Virus record (IMG/VR): IMGVR_UViG_3300020472_002141
Coordinates: 1 to 27,997 of that record
Strand: one strand, 5' to 3'
Length of the DNA stretch: 27,997 bases
From: a virus
Lineage: Duplodnaviria > Caudoviricetes
Both the position numbers and the translations under genes were made by a program. The notes under the pieces were generated by a model. That model was given only the letters and a program-made list of their open reading frames with translations, searched no databases and had not been told where the DNA came from. Positions 17,469 to 25,869 of the stretch are shown in pieces; position 1 is the stretch's first letter, and every line of letters begins with the position of its first letter.

Positions 17469-20400
17469 ATGGCTGAATTTAGACTTGGCAGATTAAAATT
17501 TAATTGGCGTAATGATTGGACTACAAGTACTGCATATGTCATTGATGACATTGTAAAGTATGGTGCTAATACTTATGTTTGTAAAACCAATCATACATCT
17601 GCTGGAAACGAGAATCTTTTTTATTCTTCTGATCTTGCTAATTGGTCATTGCATACAGAAGGTATTACTCATAAAGGGGAATGGCAGAATACTAATTGGT
17701 ATAAGATAAATGATATATTTAAATATGGTAATACTCAATATAGAGTAACTGCTGGATTTACTTCTGGTGCTACTTTTGAGGAAGCGGATAGTACTAATAA
17801 GATAGTTGAATATGTACAGTCATTTAATTATGAAGATACTTGGAATTCTGTAGCACAGTATCAAGATGGAGATGTTGTAACTTATGGTGGTTACACATAT
17901 GTTTCAAAGAGTGTTCATACAAATAAACCACCTGCATATAATTTAGCTAGTGATTGGGATATTATAACTACAGGATTTAATGTAGTTGGTGATTGGGGAA
18001 GTACAACTGATTATACTCAAGGTGATGTTGTTACTTGGGGTGGATATTCATACGTTGCAATTACAACTAGTGTAAATATTCCTCCTACAACAGCAGCTAA
18101 TTGGTCTCTAGTTAATAAAGGCTTTAATTGGAGAGGTAACTGGGATGTTAATACTACTTACCAACTTGGTGATGCTGTAAAGAGATTAAGTAATAGTTAT
18201 GTTGGTGTTTCAACTGCTGGAAGTATAGGGCATGATCCTTCAACTGATACTACTAGTGTTTACTGGAGTATGTTGGTTGAGGGTGCATCAAACAATGTGA
18301 TGACCACAGAGGGTGACATTGTTTACTATACAACTGGTGCTGCCAGATTACCGAAAGGAACCAATGGTCAAGTACTCTCAATGAGTACTGATGGTATGCC
18401 CAATTGGGAAAATTCTGGAGTAACACATCCAGTTTATTATGTAACAGAAGAAGGTAAAGATACTAATGATGGATCAAATATCAGTAGATCATTTGCTACT
18501 ATTCAACAAGCTTGTGGTATTGCAACTGGACCTGCAACAATTTATGTAAAGGCAGGAACATATTCTGAAACACTTCCTATTGTACTTCCAGAAGGTGTAT
18601 CAATTGTTGGTGACAACTTAAGAACATCTACAATTAAAGCTGGTGTTCAGTATGATCATACATTTATAAGTGGTGTTACTGGTTCTATTACTCCTAATTC
18701 TGGACCTGCACTTACACCATTATCTGGTACAACTTATGATGGTGCTACAGGAGATCTTGTTATAAAGGTAGGTGGACATTCTTTAACTACTGCTAATACA
18801 ATTCAAATTGGTGGTCATGGATTAGTATTTACTTGTTCTCAGGATAATCATCAGACTCAACATGCTTATCCAAGAGTAAAAGATCCAATTTATGGTAACA
18901 CTGCTGTACCAATTACTGCTGTAGGTGCTGATACTATTACAGTTAATGTTGGTAAATCAGATGCATCTCATCATCAAGATTTGGTATTGGCATCTGCTCC
19001 TACTACTGTTTCGTATGGTTCTTCAATCTTTAACGGTGCTGGAACTAAGTGTGCTGTTATTTTAGATTCTGATTATGCTGAGACATCAATTCAAATTCGT
19101 AATCTTTCTGGTGGTCCTTGGACAACATCAGATACTTGGGAGAATGGTGGAACTGATATAAACATTACATCTGCTATTACTAGACCAAATAAGCATTCTA
19201 CAATGTTTATGATGAGTAATGCTACGATGCTTAAAGATATTCTAATGGAAGATCTTACTGGATTTACTCCAGCAGGTATTGTTACAACTAGAACTTGTAC
19301 TATTTCTGGATCAATAGTTACTGGTACAAATTTATTTCCAGATTTAGTTGGAACATCTGTAACTGGTGCTGGTGTATCTGCTGGAACAAGGGTTAGTGGA
19401 TTTATTGGTGCAACTGAAATAGAAGTAGATAAGATTCAAAATATTGGTGCAACTGAATTAACATTTACTGCAAATTCATATGATCCTAATAATGCACATA
19501 TTAAAGGTGTATATGTTGCATTAAATCCAGAAAGTAGAGTTATTAAATCTCCATATATATCAAACTGTTCTTGTAAATCAGTTAAAGGTGTTGGTGCAAT
19601 TGTAGATGGTGGAGTTCATAGACAATTTGTAGATGGATCTGCAACACCTTCTAACAAATCTATCGTGTTTGACTCATTTACAAACATTCACGATGAAGGA
19701 ATGGCATTCTGGATTACGGATGGTGGTGTGGCAGAAACAGTTTCTTGTTTCACTTACTATAACCATATAAGTTATGCTGCTACTCGTGGTGGTAGACTTA
19801 GATCTCTTGTTGGAAATAGTTCTTGGGGTAAATATGGTGTTGTTGCTTCTGGATTCAGTCCTCTTGAGAATTTTAGACAAGGACAAATTGAAGGATTAGT
19901 ACTTAGATATGATGTTGATACTCTAGCTGGAGGAGACTTCCAAATTGGTGAAAGAATTAGAGGTGGTACTTCTGGTGCTTGGGGACAAGTTAATACAGTT
20001 CAAGGAACTACATTAGATCAAATTTACTATTCTGTAATTAGTCAAGGTGCAGTTGGTGTTGGTACTGGTTTTGCTCCAGGTGAAGTTGTTACTGGACAAA
20101 CTTCAGGAGCTAGTGCAACTCTTGTTAATAATACTAGTGCAAACCAAGGTCAAACTGGTTTTACACTTGTTCTTTCTGGTTTAGGAACTTCACCTACTCT
20201 TGAAGAGAATGGTAGTATAGAGTTTATTACTGGATCTGGTAATGGTGGTTATAATGATGATAACATTACTGGTGCTGATCCGTTTACATTTGTTATTTCA
20301 GGTGTAAGTCAAATTGGTCCTACTGGAAAAGGTACTGTAAATATTGACAGAGCACAATGGACTACAGCAGGTGCTGCACATACTGGTGGTAATACATCTA

Positions 20401-21422
20401 TAATTGATTATCCTGCTAATTCTGGTACATTTACACTATTAACTCCTGCTTCTGATTCTGATACTACATTCAGTACAAGTACTATTAGTGGATTTAACCC
20501 TGGTGAATATTGCTTATCACCTACAAAAGAACTTTGTAAGATTGTAAGTTTCCCAACTGCAAACTCTATGAATATCACTAGAGAACAGGATGGTGCTGGT
20601 ATTGCTACGGCATATGCAATTGGTTCTACATTTATTGCTATTGGAGCAACTAGTTATGTTAGTGCTGGTGAAATTAATAAAGACATTACTGGAGTTTCTA
20701 CCAATTTCAGAGCAACATTATCAACAAGATTCTGGGATTCTATTGGCAATTATCTTAAGATAGATGATGAATTTGTTAAGGTTACTGGAGTATCTACTGA
20801 TAATTATGGTACTACTCAGGTAAGTTTGGTTGAAGAAAAAGCTGCTAAGGCATTTGATGAGCAGGATATAAGGATACGTTATATCTACAGTCAGGCAAGA
20901 TTAACTGGTCATGACTTCTTACAAGTTGGTACAGGAGGAACTGCAACTACTAATTGGCCATCAGTTCCATCAGTAGATCCAGTTCAAACTCAGGAAATTA
21001 CTGAGGACTTCCCAGGAAGGGTATTCTATGTTTCTACTGATGAACAGGGTAACTTCCGTGTTGGTAAGTACTTCCGTGTTAACCAGGCAACTGGATCAGC
21101 AACATTGAATGCTAGTGCTTTCGATCTATCTGGTCTAACTTCATTGAGATTGGGTTCAATCGGTGCTCAGTTAGGTGCTCAAATTAATGAGTTCTCAACT
21201 GATGGAACAATGTCACAAAACAGTCATGAAAAAGTTCCAACACAGGCTGCAATTAGAACTTATGTTGCTACTGAAGATGCAGAGCATCTTGTAAGGGCAC
21301 AAAATCATGCAACTTTAGGGTTAGCTACTGAAAGAGCACAGACTGCTAATGATCTAAATGCTCTTAGATCTGATCTAACCAAAGGTATTCAGGTATCTGA
21401 ATTCTTTGCTGGACAGATTTAA
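17469..21422 (+). CDS. Large virion structural protein with five CBM5/12-like N-terminal repeats and beta-helix-like scaffold
   Basis: Repeats of W..xY..GDxVxYG..xY; VYYVTEEGKD...GTYSE...SIVGDNLR; C-terminal YVSTDEQGNFRVG. Confidence 0.85.
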   Translation: MAEFRLGRLKFNWRNDWTTSTAYVIDDIVKYGANTYVCKTNHTSAGNENLFYSSDLANWSLHTEGITHKGEWQNTNWYKINDIFKYGNTQYRVTAGFTSGATFEEADSTNKIVEYVQSFNYEDTWNSVAQYQDGDVVTYGGYTYVSKSVHTNKPPAYNLASDWDIITTGFNVVGDWGSTTDYTQGDVVTWGGYSYVAITTSVNIPPTTAANWSLVNKGFNWRGNWDVNTTYQLGDAVKRLSNSYVGVSTAGSIGHDPSTDTTSVYWSMLVEGASNNVMTTEGDIVYYTTGAARLPKGTNGQVLSMSTDGMPNWENSGVTHPVYYVTEEGKDTNDGSNISRSFATIQQACGIATGPATIYVKAGTYSETLPIVLPEGVSIVGDNLRTSTIKAGVQYDHTFISGVTGSITPNSGPALTPLSGTTYDGATGDLVIKVGGHSLTTANTIQIGGHGLVFTCSQDNHQTQHAYPRVKDPIYGNTAVPITAVGADTITVNVGKSDASHHQDLVLASAPTTVSYGSSIFNGAGTKCAVILDSDYAETSIQIRNLSGGPWTTSDTWENGGTDINITSAITRPNKHSTMFMMSNATMLKDILMEDLTGFTPAGIVTTRTCTISGSIVTGTNLFPDLVGTSVTGAGVSAGTRVSGFIGATEIEVDKIQNIGATELTFTANSYDPNNAHIKGVYVALNPESRVIKSPYISNCSCKSVKGVGAIVDGGVHRQFVDGSATPSNKSIVFDSFTNIHDEGMAFWITDGGVAETVSCFTYYNHISYAATRGGRLRSLVGNSSWGKYGVVASGFSPLENFRQGQIEGLVLRYDVDTLAGGDFQIGERIRGGTSGAWGQVNTVQGTTLDQIYYSVISQGAVGVGTGFAPGEVVTGQTSGASATLVNNTSANQGQTGFTLVLSGLGTSPTLEENGSIEFITGSGNGGYNDDNITGADPFTFVISGVSQIGPTGKGTVNIDRAQWTTAGAAHTGGNTSIIDYPANSGTFTLLTPASDSDTTFSTSTISGFNPGEYCLSPTKELCKIVSFPTANSMNITREQDGAGIATAYAIGSTFIAIGATSYVSAGEINKDITGVSTNFRATLSTRFWDSIGNYLKIDDEFVKVTGVSTDNYGTTQVSLVEEKAAKAFDEQDIRIRYIYSQARLTGHDFLQVGTGGTATTNWPSVPSVDPVQTQEITEDFPGRVFYVSTDEQGNFRVGKYFRVNQATGSATLNASAFDLSGLTSLRLGSIGAQLGAQINEFSTDGTMSQNSHEKVPTQAAIRTYVATEDAEHLVRAQNHATLGLATERAQTANDLNALRSDLTKGIQVSEFFAGQI

Positions 21423-21435
21423 AGTTGATTATAAC

Positions 21436-21443
21436 TATAAATA
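21436..21443 (+). promoter_or_regulatory. T4 late promoter, perfect TATAAATA
   Basis: Exact consensus in an intergenic gap. Confidence 0.8.
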
Positions 21444-21478
21444 ATACAAGACAAAGGAAACTTTAAGAATTAGAGAAA

Positions 21479-21799
21479 ATGGCTTCTGGTATTTTAGGAC
21501 AAAGTGCGTTGGCTGCTACAACCAATACTACAGTATATACGGTTCCTGCAAACACTCACTCTGTTGTTAATGTAAATGTTTTGAATCGATCTGCAACTGC
21601 TCCAGCTTTGGTAAGACTTGCACTGGCATCTACTGGTACTCCTACCAATGCTGAATGGATTGAGCATGATGTTTCTGTTCCCAAGAACGGTGTTCTTGAA
21701 AGGACTGCATTATCGTTACAGGCAGCTCGTAATATTGTTGCTTATTCATCAACTGGTGATGTTACAGTTACTATATTTGGTATAGAACAAGCAGTATAA
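21479..21799 (+). CDS. Small beta-rich structural/accessory protein
   Basis: MASGILG...TTVYTVP...VLERTALSL...GIE. Confidence 0.78.
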   Translation: MASGILGQSALAATTNTTVYTVPANTHSVVNVNVLNRSATAPALVRLALASTGTPTNAEWIEHDVSVPKNGVLERTALSLQAARNIVAYSSTGDVTVTIFGIEQAV

Positions 21800-21842
21800 A
21801 ATTATGAAAAATCAAGTTACACATATTACTGAGGTATAAGAA

Positions 21843-22886
21843 ATGGCAGCTGATGTATTGACCTATAATGCTATTCAGGAGATTAACCAAGAATTAAAGG
21901 CTGAAGCAGCTTCTTTGCAAGTTGGAATAACTTCTGCTGCACCTGCTACTGATAGTAGTAGTTCTAGTGATTGTATTGAAATTGTTAAAGGTGCTGGTGC
22001 TCCTAACACTGGTTTATGGTGTATGATACCACAAACTGCTGCTGCAGGTGGTACTTGGACTGGTGGTTTTAAAGTTTGTGAAACTTCAACTTATAGAAGA
22101 TGTAATGCTCAATGTACTTGGACTGTTCCAGGTGGCGTAACTTGTGCTCGATTCCAAATTTGGGGTGCTGGTGGTGGATCAGGTACTAGTTGTTGCTGTG
22201 GTGGATCACCTAATGCTGGATCTGGTGCATATGCATCTGTAATTATTCCAGTAACTGCTGGTGATTCATATAATTTATGTGCTGGATGTGCTTACTGTTG
22301 CTATACAGAAAGATCTCAGATGACTCAAGATGGTCAACAATCATATGTTACTGGAACTGGATTAACTAACTTCTGTGCAGAAGGTGGTGAATCTAATATT
22401 ATGTGTGAAGTTAAAACAAGACAGCAATGTGTACAGAATTTAAATGATGCTTATTGTATGTGGATGGGTTCTTGTATATGCAATACTGGAACAGATTATT
22501 GTTCACACAATACTGAAACTGGTGGTGTAGCATATCCAGAGGGATATAGAGACGCACATTATCAATCAACTGCAAGTTGTAAGACTTACTTTGGTGAAGC
22601 AACAACTGGCGATGTTTGGGGTGTTCCTGGACAGTTTAGTTATGCACATTATGATCATGGTTCTAATAACTTCTGTGTTTGGTCACCAGGTGTGTATGGA
22701 TTCCCAACTGAATCTTGCTGCTGCTACGACTTCCATAATGACAATGGTGGATGTTGCTATCAAGCATGTTACTGTGCTCATCAAATTCCTGGTGCTGGTG
22801 CATTTGGTTATTCCACTTGTGGTGGAGACACTAATGGATGTGCTGACATTGGTAGAATGGGAATGGTATGTGTTTCCTACTTATAA
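21843..22886 (+). CDS. Cysteine-rich glycine-rich-domain protein (adhesin-like), paralog A
   Basis: 32 Cys in 347 aa by hand count; CTWTVPGGVTCARFQIWGAGGG, CCCG, LCAGCAYCC; GAGGT SD. Confidence 0.85.
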   Translation: MAADVLTYNAIQEINQELKAEAASLQVGITSAAPATDSSSSSDCIEIVKGAGAPNTGLWCMIPQTAAAGGTWTGGFKVCETSTYRRCNAQCTWTVPGGVTCARFQIWGAGGGSGTSCCCGGSPNAGSGAYASVIIPVTAGDSYNLCAGCAYCCYTERSQMTQDGQQSYVTGTGLTNFCAEGGESNIMCEVKTRQQCVQNLNDAYCMWMGSCICNTGTDYCSHNTETGGVAYPEGYRDAHYQSTASCKTYFGEATTGDVWGVPGQFSYAHYDHGSNNFCVWSPGVYGFPTESCCCYDFHNDNGGCCYQACYCAHQIPGAGAFGYSTCGGDTNGCADIGRMGMVCVSYL

Positions 22887-22889
22887 ATA
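22882..22889 (+). promoter_or_regulatory. T4 late promoter, perfect TATAAATA
   Basis: Exact consensus overlapping the stop of the 347-aa ORF. Confidence 0.8.
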
Positions 22890-22921
22890 ACTAAAAGAAA
22901 AAATCAGAGACTGTTAAAACA

Positions 22922-23596
22922 ATGGCAAACATTACATCATCGTTTACATATCTTCTTCCGACTGAATTGTATGTCGCTGGTATATCTACTAATGTGACAG
23001 GAAGTTATACTTATAAAGGACCTGAAGATTTTGATGTATGGATTAGTGCATCAACTGGTAAAGTTGAAAAAGTTGATACTAAGACTGCTGCTCCTAGTGG
23101 TTCATTAGTTAAAACTATAAATCCAAAGGATAGTTCACAACTTCCTATGGCATATGCATTATCACATCAATTCGTTGATGATTATACTTATAGTTATACT
23201 TATACTGATGAAACACAGTCTAATGGTGATGTATATAAGAAGATTGATAATCCCGATCTAAGAGATGCTTATGAGGTTTATTGGGATTTTGCTAATAGCA
23301 AATGGACATTTAAGCAAATACTAAAGAAATTAGAAAACCCTGATGCAGATGAAGCAATAAGGAGAAGAGATTTTGTGAAGACATATGCAGATCAATATGA
23401 TTTTGGTGATACAGTTAATACTAAAATAGATCATTATCTAGCAGGTATAGGAACATATTTGACTGCTAATCCTTATCATAAGACTTGGAAGTTTATAACT
23501 CTTCCAGATACAGTAGGAACTATTCCAAAGATTCCTTCTGATATTAGTATTGAACTTAATAAAGTCTCTATTAGTGGGATTGGAGGTGCTGTCTAA
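22922..23596 (+). CDS. Hypothetical protein, possibly fibre assembly chaperone/adaptor
   Basis: Cys-free 224-aa ORF between the two Cys-rich paralogs. Function inferred from position only. Confidence 0.7.
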   Translation: MANITSSFTYLLPTELYVAGISTNVTGSYTYKGPEDFDVWISASTGKVEKVDTKTAAPSGSLVKTINPKDSSQLPMAYALSHQFVDDYTYSYTYTDETQSNGDVYKKIDNPDLRDAYEVYWDFANSKWTFKQILKKLENPDADEAIRRRDFVKTYADQYDFGDTVNTKIDHYLAGIGTYLTANPYHKTWKFITLPDTVGTIPKIPSDISIELNKVSISGIGGAV

Positions 23597-24673
23597 ATGG
23601 ATGTATTAATTTATAGTGCACTTAATGAGCAAGCTGCATTAAAAAAGGATATAGCTGAAAAACAAAAATGTTTATTTGATCTTAAGTTAAATGCTAAAGA
23701 TCCAGCTTCTGGTGGTGGTGCTTCTGGAGACCCTGTTGAATGTGCTAAAGCTTGGTTAGGAACCACTGGTAATGAGAAAGCTCATTGGTTCTGTCCAGAT
23801 GATACTACTCTTTGGACAATTTACACTGGTGGTGGTTGGACTGGAGAAGTAGAAGTTTGCGATACATCAGGATATTATCGTTGTGGTGCTAACTGTACTT
23901 GGACTGTTCCTAATGGTGTAACAAAAGCAAGATTCCAAATTTGGGGTGCTGGTGGTGGTGCTAATAAACCACCTTGTTGCTGTGGGCATACAGCTTTTGG
24001 TTCAACAGGTGCTTATGCTTCTGTTATTGTTCCAGTAGAAGCTGGTTGGACATATACTTTATGTGCTGGTTGTGCATATTGTTGTTATGGATATACAACA
24101 GAGAACCATCGAAGATGGTCTGGACATTGTTCTTATGTTCAAGGTTGTAAGTTATGTAATTTCTGTGCCTCTGGTGGACAAGGATCATATGGTACTTGGA
24201 TGGCAATGACTGGTACACCTTGTACTTGTAGATTTACTTATTATAACAATGGTAATGGAATGAGATTCTGTAACCAAGGTTCTGACTGGTGTTGGGATGG
24301 TGAGAATATTCAAGGTGAAGTTATGTACACTGCTGGTGCAGGGTATCATGGAAATATTAAAGATATAGACAATCCAACTGCGGAGAATGTTGTATACGGT
24401 CTTCGTGGAATATGGCCAAGAAATTGTTGGGATGGCAACCATTATGGTTATGAAATACATGCTCCAGTTTGGGATGGTAATGCAGCATATGACAGTCAAT
24501 GTTGTGTTCAATATACTTCTGGTAACTGTTGTGGATGTCAGTGTAGTGCTTGGGCGATGAATTGCTTAAGGATGCCTGGTGCTGGTGGATGGGGTTCACA
24601 CGCAATGGGTGGTGGTAATGGACTCTATGGAGACTCTGGTAAGTTTGGTAAGGTTCATGTTTGTTATGGTTAA
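23597..24673 (+). CDS. Cysteine-rich glycine-rich-domain protein (adhesin-like), paralog B
   Basis: 30 Cys in 358 aa by hand count; same core motifs as paralog A; GGAGG SD. Confidence 0.85.
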   Translation: MDVLIYSALNEQAALKKDIAEKQKCLFDLKLNAKDPASGGGASGDPVECAKAWLGTTGNEKAHWFCPDDTTLWTIYTGGGWTGEVEVCDTSGYYRCGANCTWTVPNGVTKARFQIWGAGGGANKPPCCCGHTAFGSTGAYASVIVPVEAGWTYTLCAGCAYCCYGYTTENHRRWSGHCSYVQGCKLCNFCASGGQGSYGTWMAMTGTPCTCRFTYYNNGNGMRFCNQGSDWCWDGENIQGEVMYTAGAGYHGNIKDIDNPTAENVVYGLRGIWPRNCWDGNHYGYEIHAPVWDGNAAYDSQCCVQYTSGNCCGCQCSAWAMNCLRMPGAGGWGSHAMGGGNGLYGDSGKFGKVHVCYG

Positions 24674-24707
24674 GTAGTATAATCCTTACATAACAATATT
24701 CTTTTGG

Positions 24708-24736
24708 TTGACTATATAAGTCAACAATGATATAAT
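24708..24736 (+). promoter_or_regulatory. Sigma70-type (early) promoter with overlapping inverted repeat
   Basis: TTGACT (24708-13), 17-nt spacer, TATAAT (24731-36) with TG extension; IR GTTGACT-N5-AGTCAAC at 24707-24725. Confidence 0.85.
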
Positions 24737-24760
24737 ATTAAACATTGAGGTTTGACTTGA

Positions 24761-25861
24761 ATGAATAAGGCTTTTTTTATTAATGGTGGAGCAGGGCGTG
24801 TGCTTTGCTCTATGCCAGCATTAGAGAGACATAAAGAAAAGAATGATGATTTTATAATCGTTTCCGAATCTTGGTCTGAGTTATATTTAAATAATAAGAA
24901 TCTAAGGGATCATGTTTATCCTTTAGGTCATAAAGATTTATTTGAAGAGAAGTTAAAAGATAAGAAGATTATATCACCAGAACCTTATAGAGTTAATCAA
25001 TACTTTAATCAGAAGTGTAATCTTATACAGGCTTTTGATATAGAGATTAATGAACTTGATGAAGTACCAGAAACTGGGAAGATTAATTTAGATCTTAATA
25101 AGGAAGATCAAATTACTGGACATAATTTAATTCTAGAAGTAAAGGAAACTCTTAAGAAGGATAAGGTTGTAGTATTCCAACCATTTGGTCAGAGTGCTAA
25201 AGCAGAAGGTAATTTTATATACGATAGTAGTGGCAGAAGTTTTGAAGTTTCTAATATTATTGAAATAATAAAAGAATTGAATAAAGATTTTTGTGTAATA
25301 TTAATGTCTGAAATTGAAATACCAGGATGGACATCTCTTGGAGTTGCTAAACCTACTGGTATTGGTTTAAATGGATGGGCAGGAGTAATTAATGCTGCAG
25401 ATTATTTCTTAGGTTGTGATAGTGTAGGACAACATTTGGCACATGCTGTTGGTAAACCAGCAACTGTTGTTATTGGGTCAACTTTTCCTGAGAATATATC
25501 ATATCCAGAGAGTAAAGATTTTACTATTATTGATAATGGTAAAGATAGTAGAAGGTATAGTCCTATTAGATTGACAATGGATCTTAATGCTGATAGAAAT
25601 AATGAGGATTTAATGGTTGTTGATAAGGATACACTTAAAAAGATTGTAAAATCTATCAAGGATAAATTAGGAAGCAAATCAAAAAATTTAGGTTTAAAAT
25701 CATTTGCTCCAAAAAAATCTGATAGACCAATGGCAATATCTGCAAGTACTAATGTTACACCACCAATTAAGAAGTTTGGAGAACCTTTTACTGTACCAAA
25801 ATCTAAGAAAAAGAAAAAACCTATTGATGAAATACTAGAAATAGAAGCTAAAAAATCTTGA
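24761..25861 (+). CDS. GT9-like (heptosyltransferase-related, GT-B) glycosyltransferase
   Basis: N-terminal FINGGAGR; VVFQPFG; C-terminal ADYFLGCDSVGQHLAHAVGKPATVVIGST resembling GT9 DSGxxHLAxA. Confidence 0.75.
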   Translation: MNKAFFINGGAGRVLCSMPALERHKEKNDDFIIVSESWSELYLNNKNLRDHVYPLGHKDLFEEKLKDKKIISPEPYRVNQYFNQKCNLIQAFDIEINELDEVPETGKINLDLNKEDQITGHNLILEVKETLKKDKVVVFQPFGQSAKAEGNFIYDSSGRSFEVSNIIEIIKELNKDFCVILMSEIEIPGWTSLGVAKPTGIGLNGWAGVINAADYFLGCDSVGQHLAHAVGKPATVVIGSTFPENISYPESKDFTIIDNGKDSRRYSPIRLTMDLNADRNNEDLMVVDKDTLKKIVKSIKDKLGSKSKNLGLKSFAPKKSDRPMAISASTNVTPPIKKFGEPFTVPKSKKKKKPIDEILEIEAKKS

Positions 25862-25869
25862 GGTAAATT

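Larger units (their letters stand above)
22113..23958 (+). repeat. Direct repeats shared by the two Cys-rich paralogs
   Basis: 17 bp TGTACTTGGACTGTTCC at 22113 and 23894; 28 bp GATTCCAAATTTGGGGTGCTGGTGGTGG at 22150 and 23931. Confidence 0.9.

Noticed and set aside
21804-21839. 11-codon uORF in frame with the 347-aa gene (possible readthrough)
   Set aside because: ATG 21843 has its own GAGGT SD and matches the paralog's N-terminus; likely chance.
21843-24673. Diversity-generating retroelement suggested by repeats between adhesin paralogs
   Set aside because: No reverse transcriptase in the window, the repeats are short and both coding, and there is no adenine-specific mismatch pattern.
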